55,863 bases of DNA from Candidatus Fimenecus sp. (GTDB lineage Bacteria; Bacillota; Clostridia; Oscillospirales; Acutalibacteraceae). The notes below the pieces were generated by a model. That model did no database searches. It was given only the letters and a program-made list of their open reading frames with translations, and had not been told where the DNA came from. Both the position numbers and the translations under genes were made by a program. Position 1 is the first letter of the stretch, and the number at the start of each line of letters is the position of its first letter. The stretch lies in assembly GCA_051881395.1 (NCBI GenBank), contig JBJEPU010000074.1:1-55863 (forward strand), read 5' to 3'. Shown piece by piece: positions 53,609 through 55,863 of the stretch.

Positions 53609-55863
53609 TTACTTCAACAGCGGTTTTAAATACTGCCCCGTATACGATTTTTTGCATTTGGCAATTTCCTCAGGCGTGCCTTCGGCGACCACCGTACCGC
53701 CGTTATCGCCGCCCTCGGGACCTAAATCGATAATATGGTCGGCGACTTTAATCACATCGAGATTGTGCTCAATCACGACTACGGTGTTGCCGCCGTCCAC
53801 AAGCTGCTGTAAAACATCAATTAAGCGGTGCACATCGGCGGTGTGCAAGCCTGTGGTGGGCTCGTCCAAAATATAAATCGTTCTGCCCGTGGGGCGGCGC
53901 GAAAGCTCGGTGGCGAGTTTGACGCGCTGTGCTTCACCGCCCGAAAGCGTCGTGGCGGGTTGCCCGAGTTTCACATAGCCTAAGCCCACATCGTAAATGG
54001 TTTTCAGTTTGCGGTAGATTTTCGGAATGTTCTCAAAAAAGCCCATTGCCTCTTCAATGGTCATTTCCAAAACATCGTAAATGGATTTGCCCTTGTATTT
54101 GACCTCCAAGGTTTCGCGGTTAAAGCGTGCGCCTTTGCACACATCGCACGGCACATAGACATCTGCCAAAAAGTGCATTTCGATTTTCACAATCCCGTCG
54201 CCTTGGCACGCCTCGCACCGCCCGCCTTTGACATTGAATGAAAAGCGGCTGGCGGAAAATCCGTGCATTTTGGCTTCCTGCGTTTGGGCAAACAGATTGC
54301 GAATATCGGTAAATACGCCCGTATATGTCGCGGGATTGGAACGCGGCGTTCTGCCGATAGGCGACTGGTCAATATCGACCACTTTATCAAGATATTCCAG
54401 CCCCAAAATGTCCTTATGCTTCCCGACGGGCTTTTTCGCGCCGTTTAACTCGTTTGCAAGGCGCTTATACAAAATTTCATTGACAAGCGAGGATTTGCCC
54501 GATCCGGAAACACCCGTCACGGCAACGAATTTGCCCAATGGGAAACGGACATCAATGTTTTTCAGGTTGTTTTCCGCCGCAGAGCGCACCACCAATTCCT
54601 TGCCGTTGCCTGCGCGGCGGGTTTCGGGCACCGAAATTTTGCGTTTGCCGCTTAAATACTGCCCGGTAATCGAGTCGGGGCAGTTTTTAATGTCCTCCAC
54701 CGTGCCCGCACAAACCACTTCCCCGCCGTGCACGCCTGCGCCCGGGCCGATATCCACAATATAATCGGCGGCATACATGGTGTCCTCATCATGCTCGACC
54801 ACAATCAGTGTATTGCCGAGGTCGCGCAGGTGTTTTAAAGTGCCGATGAGTTTTTCATTGTCGCGCTGGTGAAGCCCGATGCTCGGCTCGTCCAAAATAT
54901 ACAAAACGCCCATAAGAGATGAACCGATTTGCGTCGCCAAGCGAATCCGCTGACTTTCACCGCCCGAAAGTGTGCCTGCCGAACGGGAAAGCGTTAAATA
55001 TTCTAAGCCCACGCTTGATAAAAACTGTAACCGACTGCGGATTTCCTTTAAAATCTGCGTACCGATGACCTGCTCGCGTTCGGAAAGCTGTAAGCCGTCT
55101 AAAAAAGCCAATTCCTTGACAATTGACATTTGCGTAAATTCAAAAATATTGATACCGCCGACCGTCACCGACAGTGAAATCGGTTTCAAGCGTGCACCGT
55201 GGCAGTCGGGGCAATCGCAGGCTTTCATCACCTGTTCGATTTCCCAACGCGACCACTCGCTGGTGGACTCCTTGTAGCGGCGCTCCAAGTTGTTGATAAT
55301 CCCCTCAAATTCGGCATTGTAACTGCCCGTGCCGTACACATTGGTGCGCTGCATTTTGAGTTTCTCGCCCTTTGTACCGTATAACAGCGCGTCTAACGCC
55401 GCTTTCGACAGGTCACAAATCGGGGTATCTAAGGTGAATTTATATTTTTTGCCGAGCGCTTCATAGTACATTTGCGCAATGGTGCCGCCCTCGGCATTTG
55501 TCCAGCCGCTGGCGCGAATAGCACCGTCGCGGATAGACAGTTTTTTGTTCGGAATGACCAAATCGGGGTCAACCTTCATAAACACGCCCAAGCCCGTGCA
55601 GGTATCGCACGCGCCGAACGGATTGTTAAAGGAAAACATACGGGGCGTCAGTTCGTCAATCGACGCGCCGTGTTCGGGGCAAGCATAGTTCTGTGAAAAG
55701 AGCATATCCTCGCCGTCTAAAATATTGACAAGCACCGTGCCGCCCGTCAATGCGGTGGCAGTTTCCACGGAGTCCGCCAAGCGGCTGCGAATGCCGTCGT
55801 CCAAAACCAAACGGTCTACGACAATTTCAATCGTATGCTTAATGTTTTTGTCGAGCTTGATTT
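53609..55863 (-). CDS. uvrA: Excinuclease ABC subunit A (UvrA), N-terminal part outside window
   Basis: The frame is open to the window edge. It has the [11 protein letters not shown] Walker A, LSGGE signatures ([23 protein letters not shown]) and zinc-finger Cys pairs. Confidence 0.95.
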   Translation of the reverse strand, partial: IKLDKNIKHTIEIVVDRLVLDDGIRSRLADSVETATALTGGTVLVNILDGEDMLFSQNYACPEHGASIDELTPRMFSFNNPFGACDTCTGLGVFMKVDPDLVIPNKKLSIRDGAIRASGWTNAEGGTIAQMYYEALGKKYKFTLDTPICDLSKAALDALLYGTKGEKLKMQRTNVYGTGSYNAEFEGIINNLERRYKESTSEWSRWEIEQVMKACDCPDCHGARLKPISLSVTVGGINIFEFTQMSIVKELAFLDGLQLSEREQVIGTQILKEIRSRLQFLSSVGLEYLTLSRSAGTLSGGESQRIRLATQIGSSLMGVLYILDEPSIGLHQRDNEKLIGTLKHLRDLGNTLIVVEHDEDTMYAADYIVDIGPGAGVHGGEVVCAGTVEDIKNCPDSITGQYLSGKRKISVPETRRAGNGKELVVRSAAENNLKNIDVRFPLGKFVAVTGVSGSGKSSLVNEILYKRLANELNGAKKPVGKHKDILGLEYLDKVVDIDQSPIGRTPRSNPATYTGVFTDIRNLFAQTQEAKMHGFSASRFSFNVKGGRCEACQGDGIVKIEMHFLADVYVPCDVCKGARFNRETLEVKYKGKSIYDVLEMTIEEAMGFFENIPKIYRKLKTIYDVGLGYVKLGQPATTLSGGEAQRVKLATELSRRPTGRTIYILDEPTTGLHTADVHRLIDVLQQLVDGGNTVVVIEHNLDVIKVADHIIDLGPEGGDNGGTVVAEGTPEEIAKCKKSYTGQYLKPLLK

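Noticed and set aside
1-55863. tRNA, rRNA, CRISPR arrays, IS elements, integrons, toxin-antitoxin pairs
   Set aside because: Scanning the intergenic regions and the ORF track showed no cloverleaf-like or rRNA-like segments. There are no regularly spaced 25-40-nt repeats. No transposase, integrase or recombinase motifs are present, and there are no small paired ORFs with TA-like features.

Overview
This is a 55.9-kb Firmicutes (Clostridia-type) chromosomal segment. Almost every gene from 2.7 to 43.6 kb lies on the minus strand. I saw no rRNA, tRNA, CRISPR array, transposase or integrase.

Gene content, in window order:
1. The 3' end of a yebC-like gene, then a two-gene operon (membrane-anchored EEP nuclease/phosphatase plus an NTP_transf_5 protein).
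2. A tightly packed ~25.8-kb, 24-gene surface-polysaccharide locus (2725-28485, minus strand) driven by one recognisable promoter.
   - It starts with a PglC-like initiating phosphoglycosyl transferase.
   - It has eight glycosyltransferases, a TviB/TviC-like UDP-HexNAc dehydrogenase/epimerase pair and the FnlA/B/C UDP-L-FucNAc trio.
   - It has a pyruvyl transferase with an FrhB-like Fe-S partner and three acetyl/acyltransferases.
   - Unusually, it has two Wzx flippases and two Wzy-class polymerases.
3. A compact five-gene phage-derived block (28663-32141).
4. The ctsR-mcsA-mcsB-clpC operon with a textbook CtsR operator array.
5. A GPH-family symporter and an ABC ATPase with a very large permease.
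6. mtaB, a small CmpB-like membrane protein, an esterase, a MATE exporter and a CobB sirtuin.
7. An XRE regulator with 20 glycine-phased pentad repeats, a methyltransferase and an orphan vWA protein.
8. A tri-domain AMP-ligase/carrier/PlsC fusion, a DUF5131 three-Cys protein and a partial uvrA.

The best candidate for an undescribed system is the five-gene block. It encodes a sigma-region-4-like regulator, a 551-aa BppU/tail-fibre-like protein, a GH25 lysin, XhlA and a holin. It has no other phage genes around it. It sits behind a consensus promoter followed by a leader terminator. All family assignments rest on motif recognition in the supplied translations, not on database searches.
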